Assembly (NCBI GenBank): GCA_051294905.1 | Contig: CM119371.1 | Span: 32,924,001-32,988,000 of the forward strand | DNA length: 64,000 bases | Reading direction: 5' to 3' | Origin: Botryllus schlosseri | Taxonomy: Eukaryota | Shown: piece after piece, positions 13,074 through 24,461 of the stretch | Numbering within the stretch: position 1 is the first letter of the stretch | How the letters are laid out: each line of letters starts with the position of its first letter | The notes under the pieces: generated by a model | Seen by the model: the letters and a program-made list of their open reading frames with translations, nothing else | Told to the model about the DNA's origin: nothing | Databases searched by the model: none | Position numbers and translations under genes: made by a program

Positions 13074-14959
13074 ATATATATGGGATCATGTATTCTCACA
13101 AATATAATAATTATTCATTCATTAGTTCATATGTATATGTGTATTGTATGGTGTGTACGTTACAAAGTCATCTGTAGCAGGGCACCTCATATCTTTCTAT
13201 AGTAGTATACCGATAGACATGTCTGAAAGGCTGCAGGCGTTCTTCGTCGTGTTTCTCGGTTGCCGAGATGTCACTATACTCGATGCAAACTGGACGAAAT
13301 ATTTGTGACGGGGCATGTGTTATACGCAATGTGCAGCAAAGACACGTAGCCTAATATCTTAAAAAATTCGCATTCAGTGGCTGTTACTAGGCTTATTGTA
13401 CCTGCGGTAAGTTTACATCCTGTTTCACTAAATCGCTTCTGCGCGCATCATTGTGAGTAAGAATTGAATGTATATGGCCTACCCAGGACTAAAGCCTACA
13501 TGCGATTGTTTATGATTCATCCAATTCAATCATATGTGTATGCGTATTATGGGTAGTCTATGTCGCGAAATGATATGTAGCAGGATGCATCAGTTCCTCA
13601 CCGCCAAATCCATTTTCTGTGTCGTTTCATGGATTGATATGGGTTAGCCTAGTGACACCATATTGAGTTGGTGACGTCAGGTCTCGATAATTCCGAGGTG
13701 ATAATTCAGTAATTTCACTGTCAAAGCACGAGTTACCAACGAGATCTACATTACGAGAACATAACTTCGAACCGTTGGGTTTGTTTGTTTGTGGATTCTA
13801 GATAGTCAGCACGTGAGATTTAGCCTACTGACCACGCCACAGCATCACGAATGGCTTGATTATTGCAGGTGCAAGAATACCAGTCAGTTTTAACCACAGG
13901 AAATTCGATGCTGAAGACGAATCCCATGTACTGAGCAACGACTTCTTGCGACCATGAGGCCACGAATCTACAATGGTGACGTCACGGGTTATTGACGTTG
14001 ATCTATGCCTCATAGGGAAATGAAATTGTAATGTTGCTCCAATGTGCCTCCAATGCCGAAAAGGGTTCCGACGCGTGGCGTTAAGTGCGACGATAATGCT
14101 CATTTTGACTTGATGAAGGTAGCGAATAGCTCAAAATAGCGTTTTGTCACCATAAGTATACAATGTCTATTAAATTGGTCTAACAACAGATATTGAGAAT
14201 ATTGGTGAAAATTTTGGGTCCAGCGGTTAAGGGAAATGACGTGTATATTCTATATGCTGCGATATTGCATGTAAATCACTAGTGACCACGCCCGGCATCG
14301 ATGTTTTGACACTGTAATCGAGAGTCTCAGTCGCCCAGGCTAGTCGCGTTCTGTTGGCGATGACTGTCGCTCAACCGCAAGAAAAACGGGAATGTTTTCC
14401 ACACTGGTCCAGTAGGTAAATACGTATGGCATATTTCAAGAACGGTAATTGTGCGAACCGGGGGTTTGTCACCCGAAGTGGCGTGGTTCATGAGCACAAT
14501 CACAAACCGCGTATATCAAAATTTTATCCCAGTAAATAGAACTCAGCAAACCTTTGAAAATACAAGCCATACGTGTTTTCATTTGCCCTCCTAATCACAC
14601 AAAAAGTAATCTAGTATCCTTCACAACTTTTCCGTATCGTTCATCGTCACATTAATGCCTATGAGTTTTGTAATACGAGGAATGACGCACTACCATGACA
14701 TTATCCGAAATCGGTATTCACGAGGGTTGTGCGTAATCCCCAGGGTTAATCAGCTACGTAGTACTTCCACTTTTCGGCCACCTCTACCTGCACTGTTTAC
14801 GCATATGTTCATAATTTTCGACTATTCCACTCAAACGTGACCGTTTTCCATAGGTCCAGAATAGCCTACTTCTACCTTTTTACCTACTTGGCAATCGCTA
14901 CTGCTTGTACTTCAGCAGAAATTTGCTAACTTACTTCTATTGCTACTTGGTTACTAAGG

Positions 14960-14990
14960 ATGACTACTTCAACGATGACCACCTATCATG
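14960..14990 (+). CDS. Possible short upstream coding exon (MTTSTMTTYH-G) of the orphan gene
   Basis: ATG at 14960, donor GTAAGC at 14991; phase 1 matches the acceptor before 15403. Confidence 0.35.
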
Positions 14991-15402
14991 GTAAGCTGAT
15001 ACCGACTTTTACTGCCTCCCTAATTCATAATTGCTATGATACTAAATCTTATTACAACTGGATGTGTACTGTATACAGTATATATATCGGGGGGAGGATT
15101 CAGTTCACCATTAATTGGCGCATTCTCTGGGTGGTAGGCCTCAAAGCTGTGTATTAGGGCCTATCAAAAAAACTTTTGTTTCCGAATTTTTACTGCTAAA
15201 ATTGTTGCCGAAAATCGTTGTCCCAAAAATTTGACTCAATTCCGACTAGTAGGAGTGAAGCTGTCAGAGTTGGAATAAAATCATTTTACTTCGATATTTC
15301 ACTGTCTAAAACTCGGGGTCAATTTTTTGTTGACTGGACTTGTACTCGATTCATTGGGCATGGCTCGACACATTCTACATGACTTATTCAAGTTCTTTAC
15401 AG

Positions 15403-16130
15403 GCATGGATGCATTCCTGGAGTCGGTTACAACCGATATTTACGGCAATGGAGAAGTTGATGTTCGTTCTGTTATTCGTCGGTTCCGCGAAAAAAACTAT
15501 GATCCGGCAACATTGGAAGTGGACAGCGATACAATTTCGAGGGATCCAGTCAAGTCAACACTATGCTACATTCTCGCTGCATTCATGCATAGAGAGTTTA
15601 ATGAATCGAAGCCAAAACATGCAACGTATTGCTTCCATAAGATATGCACGACTATAAGTGCATTCCAAAACGACAAATACCAGAGATTCTTGCAGAACGG
15701 CGTAACGGTAAATGGCGTAACTGACATCCTGATCAAACTCATGATAGAAACGTACAATGTTGAGTTCAAGAGAATTCAAGAAGAAGAAGATGAAGATTTA
15801 AAAATGAATGAGAATGTTGAAGCAATAGGCTTTGCTGCGACGTGGATAACTGAAACGTGCTTGCATCTTCGTTGGAAAAAAGAGGCTGATCACTTTTACA
15901 AGGTCGGTGTGCGATTTGAGAAAGTATCTGGTAATCTCGAAGATCTGGCTCGGCTGTATTTGTCACGAGCGAAATATTTGGCCATGATCGAATCTCCTCA
16001 AGAAGAAGTATACCGTTTTTTTGAATTAGCTGAGAAATCGGCGCTGAAGATGGATGAAAGTAAGAGCGAAAAGAGAAACAAACTCTTGTATTTCATCAAC
16101 GAATTTCGCCAACAGTGTGAGTATGAATAA
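15403..16130 (+). CDS. Orphan protein, main/terminal coding exon (241 aa from ATG 15405), helical with a TPR-like C-terminal half
   Basis: Longest non-TE ORF in the window; protein-like composition; acceptor TTCTTTACAG immediately before 15403; no transposon motifs recognised. Confidence 0.75.
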
Positions 16131-16299
16131 GAGCTTTCACGAATCTTCCTGTACTGATTGCATGTGATCTTTCATGTGTCTATTCATTATTCTATGGAAC
16201 AAAACGTTTCCCCAACTGAATGTAAATGTCTTTCTACAAGCTATTTGGGGATCAGAACTTCGGAATAACGCGTAACGATATAATTTCATATTGTTAATC

Positions 16300-16700
16300 T
16301 ATTAGCTAAAAGCTATTCGACTGACACTCATCAGTAGCGAACGTCAGTACGCCGGTAAATCACATTAAAAATGTATGAACTATTTTGTCCGTATGTCGTA
16401 TAATTGTAAAAACAAACAATTAGTCGACAGGCAAGATATGGCTGTAACGATACATAACAAAATTTAGCGACTACATATTTGGTTATGAATAACGGAGAAC
16501 AATAACACAGAACATTAATGCAATATTCCAAGAGTGAATGGAGGCTTTCCTTTTGACGACTGGGAAAGGCTTCTTGGCAGCTTTATGATCGTAGATTCCA
16601 GGACGTTCAAATGAAAAAGAGAACGGCCACGAGTAGCTATAGCAAATTGACTGTCATTATAATGATTAGCACATTGAGGATGGGATAAAAGATGCTCTCC
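16300..16700 (-). mobile_element. Penelope-like element 3' fragment (GIY-YIG endonuclease C-terminus plus 3' region)
   Basis: Minus strand GEHLLSHPQCANHYNDSQFAIATRGRSLFHLNVLESTIIK...RQKE (16700-16545) matches the C-terminal pattern of Penelope GIY-YIG domains. Confidence 0.75.
16305..16338 (-). ncRNA. Degenerate minimal type I hammerhead ribozyme motif of a Penelope-like element
   Basis: Minus strand GCTA-CTGATGA-GTGTCAGTC-GAA(T)AGCTTT-TAGC: both core boxes, palindromic AGCT stem III and GCTA/TAGC stem I; one extra T in GAAA. Confidence 0.55.
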
Positions 16701-18054
16701 AAGACCCTAATTACAAGCTTAAATTGATGGACTTTATCCGTCAGTGTGTCAACAGACTGCGGTGACGGAGCTGGAGAACCAGCATTAGTTATTCTAATTT
16801 GAATAAATCAGTTCGAAATTATTTAATTCGAATAGATTAACAATAATAAGGTATTGTTTTGCGTGATTCTGAAATTTATTTCTATGCGTAGTGGAATTGC
16901 ATATGACCTTTGAGGACTGTACACTTGGCCATATTGACAGAAGCATAAATTTCGATTAGGTAAAGTGCGGAGAAATCCAATGTCGAAGTCCAATGTTTAA
17001 AAGAGAGTGCGATCCCTCATATCGTCCTGGCCATACACGCTATTCACGGTGAAGGTAGGAGGTACCAAGAAGAACAGCATACAAATGACCCAACGGTGAT
17101 AATTGAAGCGGAATTTCTCGTTAGGCTTGTGATAGCCATCAGTCGTCTTTAAAATACAGCTTTAGCTACCCTCCCGATATAGAAGTTGGCTCCAATACTC
17201 GTTCAAATATTTGAGAACTCCTTAATTTTACGCCAGCATTACCCGTCCCATGAATGTTTTTATAGCATTATTTCAGGTGTTTATGCTCCACATCCTCCAG
17301 GACTGGTCTATGTTTACTACCTGACCAGATTCACAGACTGTCATTGGTGTTCATCCCTTTCTAGGCCTACATTGAAATCGTGTAGTAGTCAACCACGTGC
17401 GGGTTCACCTATATCATTCTGCGCTATAACAAAATTAATAACAATTTATTATTTATAGACGCGGAGACAAGAAATTAGCAGGATGACGGCGGAAATAGTG
17501 GTATTTCGGTGTTTCTGCTCATGAATGTCCGGTCGGGACATAAATTTACTTGTTCCAGTTGTGGACTTGACTTGCTTTTACTTATCAGTTCCTTCAAAAC
17601 CGATTACAATGAATAAAGTAACGATTCAATTTTTATATTTAGCCTACTTTTCAGAGTTAACCTTCGATTTGTTCTGATTCGCTTTGCTCTCCTATAACTA
17701 TGATATACCAATCGTATCTGTGTCTGAACGCTATATCCTCAAAATATCTGCATGGTGTTATAAAATAACGATGATGTTGGTAGGCAGTGAATTTTCCTTG
17801 TTATACTGTATACACAATCTTTAGGATATTATTAGCTTGTTATTCATATTGTTATTGAGCTATTTATGATCTTTAGCAAATGGGAATATATACGCAGTTT
17901 GCGCAGCTGCTCTAGGAGGAATTTGATGTTAAAAGAGTCTGTCATTATCAGCGTAGAGATTGTTCAATTGTCCCTGAACCAATCGTACGCAAGGGTAAAA
18001 CGCACTCGTACCTTATTTTTCAAGCGTATTTCGACGAAAGTGAATGGATGACGG

Positions 18055-19127
18055 GAGACTTGTACAATCTACAGGACTTTAAAAAAGCGCAACTAGAACT
18101 ATTAGGGTTCCGGTGTAAATCAGGCTGATTTGAATCAGTGCGATTTATTTAGGGTTTGTAGGTGCCCTTGATTTATGATTTTAATGTCACCGCTCTGATT
18201 TCATTGATTTTTGCGGCTGTTTATTATTAGACAACCATGTGCGTTGTACATATACCAGATCTACTTTTTCGCATCCAGAGAACATTTCAGTTATCATCAA
18301 TATTACTCATGAAACCTATGCAAAAATGCATCCATATAAATACATATGATACATGTTATGAATGATTCCAATTTGCCTCAACATTAGGGCAGATCGAAAT
18401 CGAGAACCAGAGGCATTCTATTTGAATCGAGTTTAAGACATTATTGAAATCATAACTGCATAAATGACATGGAAAATTGAAATATATGCAACCACAAAAA
18501 ATATATTACCATGCAGTTCTAAATTGTGACTTGGACTAGGACTTGACTCAGTGGTCACTTCAACTTGACTCGAGTTAAAAATGTGAAAGTAAGATTGATT
18601 TGTTACTCAGAGCATTAGTGACGTGGTTATAACCCTGCCCCGGCCCAACTGAACCCCACTCGAAACGGGTTAATGGCGATTCTAGCGACACATTATTTGC
18701 TAGTGAGGTTGAGCATTTTCAACTATGGGATGGTCTTTTGAACCACGCATTATTGAGTTGATGCGATCTACTGTTTTACCTTGATTGGCTTGATCGTCAT
18801 TCATCCTACGTTCTATTATTGTTTTTATTATGAGTAAAAACCATGAAAATAAAATATTATCAAGATTTGAATTATTGCTCAGATTAAAATCGATTTTAAT
18901 CAGAGGCAAATTGATATTACCCAGAACCCTAAGAACTATAACTAGAACTAATCAATTTTTAAAACTAGCCACTATAAGTTGATTTATATAGAACTACCCT
19001 ATTTTCAAAATCCGAAACTAACTTGAACTATTCAACTTTTAAAATTCGCAACTAGAACTAGAACTAATCGAAGGATCGTTACTTAGTAGACCATCAACTA
19101 GCTAAATGGATAGTTTGTACAAGTCTG
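18055..19127. mobile_element. MITE with AACTAG subrepeats, host of the 18103-18931 insertion
   Basis: AGACTTGTACAA/TTGTACAAGTCT termini; the AACTAGAACTA array continues across the insertion. Confidence 0.75.
18103..18931. mobile_element. hAT-type MITE, family of 6456-7312
   Basis: TAGGGTTC.GG/CCAGAACCCTA; perfect TSD AGAACTAT. Confidence 0.92.
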
Positions 19128-20491
19128 CCTTGAAGAGTAACGTATAGGGCAGACCAGGCCATTTTACGGCCCGTGGGCCAAATACGGACTGTAGCCTACG
19201 TGGGAAGTCCGCAGAAAATTTTGAAGAAATACAAACCCTGTTCTAAAGGACCCTACTTCATGTTGATTTACGAAATAATTTGGATTAAACTTCGAGCTTT
19301 TTCCCTTTTGAATACCTTTGCTTGAGTTTTTTCTAAAAACATGATTATAATAATGAACATCAAATCATATAGCGTGCCATGAAATATTATATTGAGTCGC
19401 ACTTTTGGCACGTTTGGTAGCAGTAGCCGATGCTTTATTTGTACTTTAACTCTAAATTCCTAACTGCCAAATAGTAACACATCCACATCCAGAAACTTGT
19501 GTCAACCACGTAATTCAGTGCTTTCAATTTAACAATTATTAGAAATTAATACACCACCGAATATAGTGCAAACTTATAACTTGACTCGCCAACCCATTTC
19601 CCGCATGTCCTTCTAGGAAATTAGTTGTCAATCTGTGTCGTAGAGGTTCCAAGTCATTAAAGGTTAAGAACCGTACAGAACTGGTTTTCATTCTCCTGGT
19701 CCACACTGTAATTTATAATTTATCGGAAAATAAGACATTGAATCGACATTCGCCCAAAACCACGACACGTGTTTCCTAGGTTTTCGGCAACTAATATTTT
19801 TTATGTGCCATTACAACTAGGACTACCCGTTTTTCAAAATACGCAACTAGAACTAGAAATGGAACTACCAAAAAACCCGTTAATTAATTAACGATCTATT
19901 CTATACTAACTAAATATTTAGTTTGTAGACGTTCGGACTTATAACGAGAATAAGGCAGTATAGAAAACAGTTGACTCGATGAAAGTGATGCCTATCAAGT
20001 AGGGTCGCTCAATTTTTGAAATGACTCAAGTCAAGCGGGCAATCAAATTTCCGAAATTCAAAGCCAGGAATCAAGTCAATGCAGTTTCCAAGATGATTAA
20101 AGTACATAGTGAGTCGCTATTTATTCTGAATAGAGTAACGAATATGTATAGTTAGTTATGCGAGGAAACGTTGGTGTGTCGCACGAACTGTGCAGTAAAC
20201 GTGTTGACCTCCCCGTATAGTTATTACCACGATATAAGAAGAACCGTGGAAGAGTTGAAACAAATTGATATGATGCACTTGACTACTATATACACCAGAG
20301 TTGGATCAATTGTAATTTGTAATTCAATATATATAAGTACATTTTCATATGTAATTGTAATTGTAATTAAAACATTTTTATTTTGCGCAATTGCAATTGT
20401 AATTTGATAAAAATTTTGCTCAATTGCAATTTCAATTACAGTACATTGTTATTGGAACCTGACAAGCACAACATGAAATAATTGGCGTTTC

Positions 20492-21731
20492 CAGAGGTGG
20501 TCAGTAGCGAAGTACTTCTACTTTTTCGAAGTACTCAAGTAGTTATCCTCTACTTCTGGTAATTACTCAAGTAGATCTGATTTTCGCTACTTCTACTTCG
20601 TAATATTTTATGATCTACTTACTCAATTCTCGCTATTTTCAGTTTGTCAAGTAGAAGTAGTTCAATCTTTCAATCAGGAAGACAGCCTGAGGGATTTCGG
20701 GGCTGTGTTTCGCGGAGTATCAACATTTAATTTTCATAAGAATTGAGTAAAGCCCAGAATTTTCGTCGCGCTTCGCGCCCACTGACTACGGAGTTACCAG
20801 TCTGATTTCACGGAAGTATCGATGAATATAATTTAGAAAGCGGGTTGGCGTGGACCGTTCACACCACATTGTCCCCCTTCGCCCATATGAAATAATTCAT
20901 CACGGTGTATATGGATCATCAAAACGTTTGAAACTGATGTTTCGCAATGTAGCATTTACTTATCATATCGTAATCTAGCATGTCCATGGCGCGTCCTAAC
21001 CTGGCAAAGTTGACTCTAACATTTTTTGTTAGTTTCAGAGCTGATTTAGCATACCACCTTTGAAACTTTCTGGACCAAAGGCATGAAAAACGTTTTCCGC
21101 TTTTAGAAGTAGTATTTATGTTTCATTTTCAATTCCCAGTACCATATACTTTGAGTTATAATTAAAATCAGTTATTTTGTCTGGATAACATACATGCTGA
21201 AGTATAAAAGCAAGTGCCTAAAAGCAAAGCCTTTAATTTCCGGAAATAGAGCTACACAATATTGCATTTTTACGGTCCACCATATTTCTTATTATCGTTT
21301 ACTAATCGCGCAAAATGTTTACACCGTATCCTATACAACTTCTCCGTATTACTCTCCGACTAAACTACGGACCTTATAATATGGGGGATGGCGCCATACC
21401 ATGCTATTTTCTACAACGTGCTGTTCGAGAAAACAGAGAATAAGTATCGCATTTACATATCAATCCTATCATTTCTTCCCATGATGTGGACGGATGGTTA
21501 TGCTATCGAAAATTGGATACCTGTTGCTATGCATAAATATGAATCAAACTCGTCACCTTTCGCAACTACTTACTTACTTGAGTACTTTTAAAGTCAGTAA
21601 ATTCTACTTCTACTTCAAGTAGTTTTAGGGTGCTTATGGAAGAAGTACTTCTACTTGTACTTGAGTAGATTTTTTCGTCGCTACTTCTACTTCTACTTGA
21701 GTAGCTTTCTTGGTTACTTTGACCACCTCTG
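20492..21731. mobile_element. 1240 bp non-autonomous hAT-type element, CAGAGGTGGTCA family
   Basis: TIR CAGAGGTGGTCA/TGACCACCTCTG; perfect TSD GGCGTTTC; TACTTC subrepeats; colinear with 47812-49102. Confidence 0.95.
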
Positions 21732-22503
21732 GGCGTTTCTTCGTTTTACGATTAAAATCCAACCAGTGATCATCGTGACGCCAATAACTGTTTCCCATGA
21801 TTCCCCAATATCCTCTCACCCAAAAACCTAATCTTGGAATGCCCTAACCCCAACCCACCATCAGCCCTAATGTCCCCCCTCCTAACCCTAATAAACGTCC
21901 AATTCTAATGTACCTTCACCAACAATCCTAATATTAGGATACCCTAATCACCGTTGCCATACGTCCGCAATTTAACAGTTCAAACTAGCGTCCGGGAGGA
22001 ATTTCTAAAATATGCCAAATGTCCGGAATTTTAAAGATTTGACGAAGGCTCAGAATTTATTCGTAAATCAACATAAAAACATTATTTCTGGGAATATTTA
22101 TGCTGATGCATGACATTTTTCTTCGCGCTGAGTGCGATTTACTATCACATTGATTGGTTTCAATATGGAAACTACCACCCGCGCAAAAACCGCAATAAAA
22201 TGTAAATGAAACCACATTCCTAGAGATCGTTAAGGCCGTTTAAATGCTTTCTTCAAAGATAGTGGTTCCAAACGTGGGGTCGTTTGCCTTTATTTTGGGG
22301 TTCGCGAATATGTTGAACGTAATCGGCCAGTGTGTAAGTCTGGGCAAAGTTGCTGACTTCTTTTACTAGCCACCTCGTCAAACTTTGATCTGGCACTCGA
22401 AACATTTTCAAATCAGAGATGAACTCCCGACCATGAAAGGTTGGAAACCACAGGATGTAGGGTGTTTATAAAGCCCCGTGGTGCGCACTGGCATAGGGCT
22501 GAT

Positions 22504-22760
22504 TGTTATGTTTGTACATTTACGTTCGGTGTCGTACAACTCTTTCTTTCTATAGGATTAATAATTACAGCCAATCATTATTTCCTCGTGTGTCATGCTT
22601 GTATTTATACCCTGTGTTCTGTTGTCTCGGGGGCCTTTTCGTTTAACTGCACTCTGGATCGTGTCGCCTGTCGTAAAGTCATACTGATGATAATATACTG
22701 ATTTCTTATTGGCACCTCGTCGTATTGAGTTATTGTTCGAACAAGATCAAGAACATGACA
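22504..22760 (+). repeat. 5' LTR (257 bp)
   Basis: TGTTATGTT...AACATGACA; 11 substitutions versus the 3' LTR by manual count. Confidence 0.97.
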
Positions 22761-22762
22761 AT

Positions 22763-22780
22763 TGGTGTCAGAAGTCGGAT
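22763..22780 (+). promoter_or_regulatory. Primer binding site, tRNA-Leu type
   Basis: TGGTGTCAGAAGTCGGAT, 2 nt after the 5' LTR. Confidence 0.85.
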
Positions 22781-22810
22781 TCATAGTTATTTCTGCGACG
22801 AACATATATC

Positions 22811-24459
22811 ATGGAATCGGGTATTTTGAAGCTTCTGGAGAAGCAGCAGGAAATGATGGCGGAACAACGCGAACAGCATGACGAAGGAATGGTGAAAGTG
22901 ATGGCTGGGTTGGAACAGCAAAAAAACCAACACAAAGAAGAGATGGCGCAGTTAACGAAGAGGTTGAGTCCTGGTGCGTCTACATCTGAAGCTACCGCTC
23001 CCAAGTTTGATTCGTTCATCAAATCAAAGGAGAAATGGGACCAATATCTGCAACGATTCAACCATCACCTTGCATTTTGCGGCATTTCCAACATGGAGAA
23101 GAAAAGAGCGTGTCTGTTCTCATGAGTTGGACCTGAAACGTAATCGCTCCTACGTAATTTGTTTGGGGCTGCTGATGTCAGTGCGCAAACCTTCGACGCG
23201 TTGACTGAGAAGTTGTGTACACACTTCAAGGACTCAATTCATGTGCAAGCAGCCAGGTACGAATTTTACAATTGCAAAATGCAACCGGGGTAATCGTACG
23301 CCGATTGGATCGCAACTCTACGCGGAATCTCCTAGGATTGCAACTTCACATGCTCAAGAGAAGGCTGTGATCAAAGCTACGTTGATGAGCTAATGCGCGA
23401 TCTCATCATTAAAGAAACGCCGCACGCGGATGTGAGACGGCATTGTCTAACACAAACCAATCCATCCCTTGACGACGTTCTCAAAGTAGCCGTAACCCAC
23501 GTGATAACGGTGGAAACTGATAGGGTTGTCCAGGGCGAGAGTAGCAGTAAAGACACTTCTATCGTCAACAAGATGACGGGAAGTTATCATAAGGGGGAAA
23601 AACTTCCAAATCCAACCAAAGCAACTTCCCGGAAAGACTGAAATCCTGCAGCCGCTGTCTCATCGATCACCAGAGAAAAGACTGTCAATATCGACATTCA
23701 GTATGTCAGAAATGTGGTCGTAAAGGTCATATCAAACCTGTGTGCATGTCCAAACCTAGTGTCACGCAACAGGTCACATCCGTCAATTTCTGCTCAGTGC
23801 CACTCCTCTCCTTCGACATCGATCAACTATATCAACGCGTAGGAAACCAGCTCTGGATCAACTCCAGCATCAACCGCATTCCGTTCCCAACACAGTGGGA
23901 CACCGGTGCACCCTCCGCCATGGTGGGATTGGCTGGGTACAAAACTTTGGACTCTCCGATACTCTCAGCATACCATCGCTCTTTCGTAGCGTATGGCGAC
24001 AAGCCACTGAAAGTGAGAGGTATTTGCACTGTAACCGTGCAGGTGGGTTCTGAAGTTCGAGTTGGCTTAAAATTGGTAGTTCTCGACGAGCACCGTGGGC
24101 AAAACATTTTTGCTCTCAATTGGAGCGATGCTTTCTCCATGTCCGCTAAGGTAACGTCTGCTTTGGATGCAATTTCCTCGCAGATGGTCAAATCGCAATC
24201 ATGTAATACCATTGACATTTGTGATTCGAACGACAAATTGGTATCTTTTTATTCCAAATGTCCCTCCGTTTTCTCTAATGTATTAGGACGATGCACCAAG
24301 ACAAAGGTGACTATTGACTTGAAACCTAATGCAAAGCCCGTATTTAACAAGCCACGTCCTTTGCATTTCGCAAGGCAAATCGCTGTTCAAACCGAACTGA
24401 ATAGATTAGTCAATCAAGGTATTCTCGAACCAATCAATTACAGTGATTGGGCAGCACCA
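22811..24459 (+). pseudogene. gag: gag, protease and RT N-terminus of the Gypsy element
   Basis: Coiled-coil N-terminus, two CCHC-type knuckles (CSRCLIDHQRKDC, CQKCGRKGHIKPVC), protease WDTGA, RT start SDWAAP; several in-frame stops and a frameshift near 23640. Confidence 0.93.
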
Positions 24460-24461
24460 AA

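Noticed and set aside
21826..21948. Interstitial telomere
   Set aside because: CCCTAA units are sparse and irregular, and better explained as part of a split repeat element.
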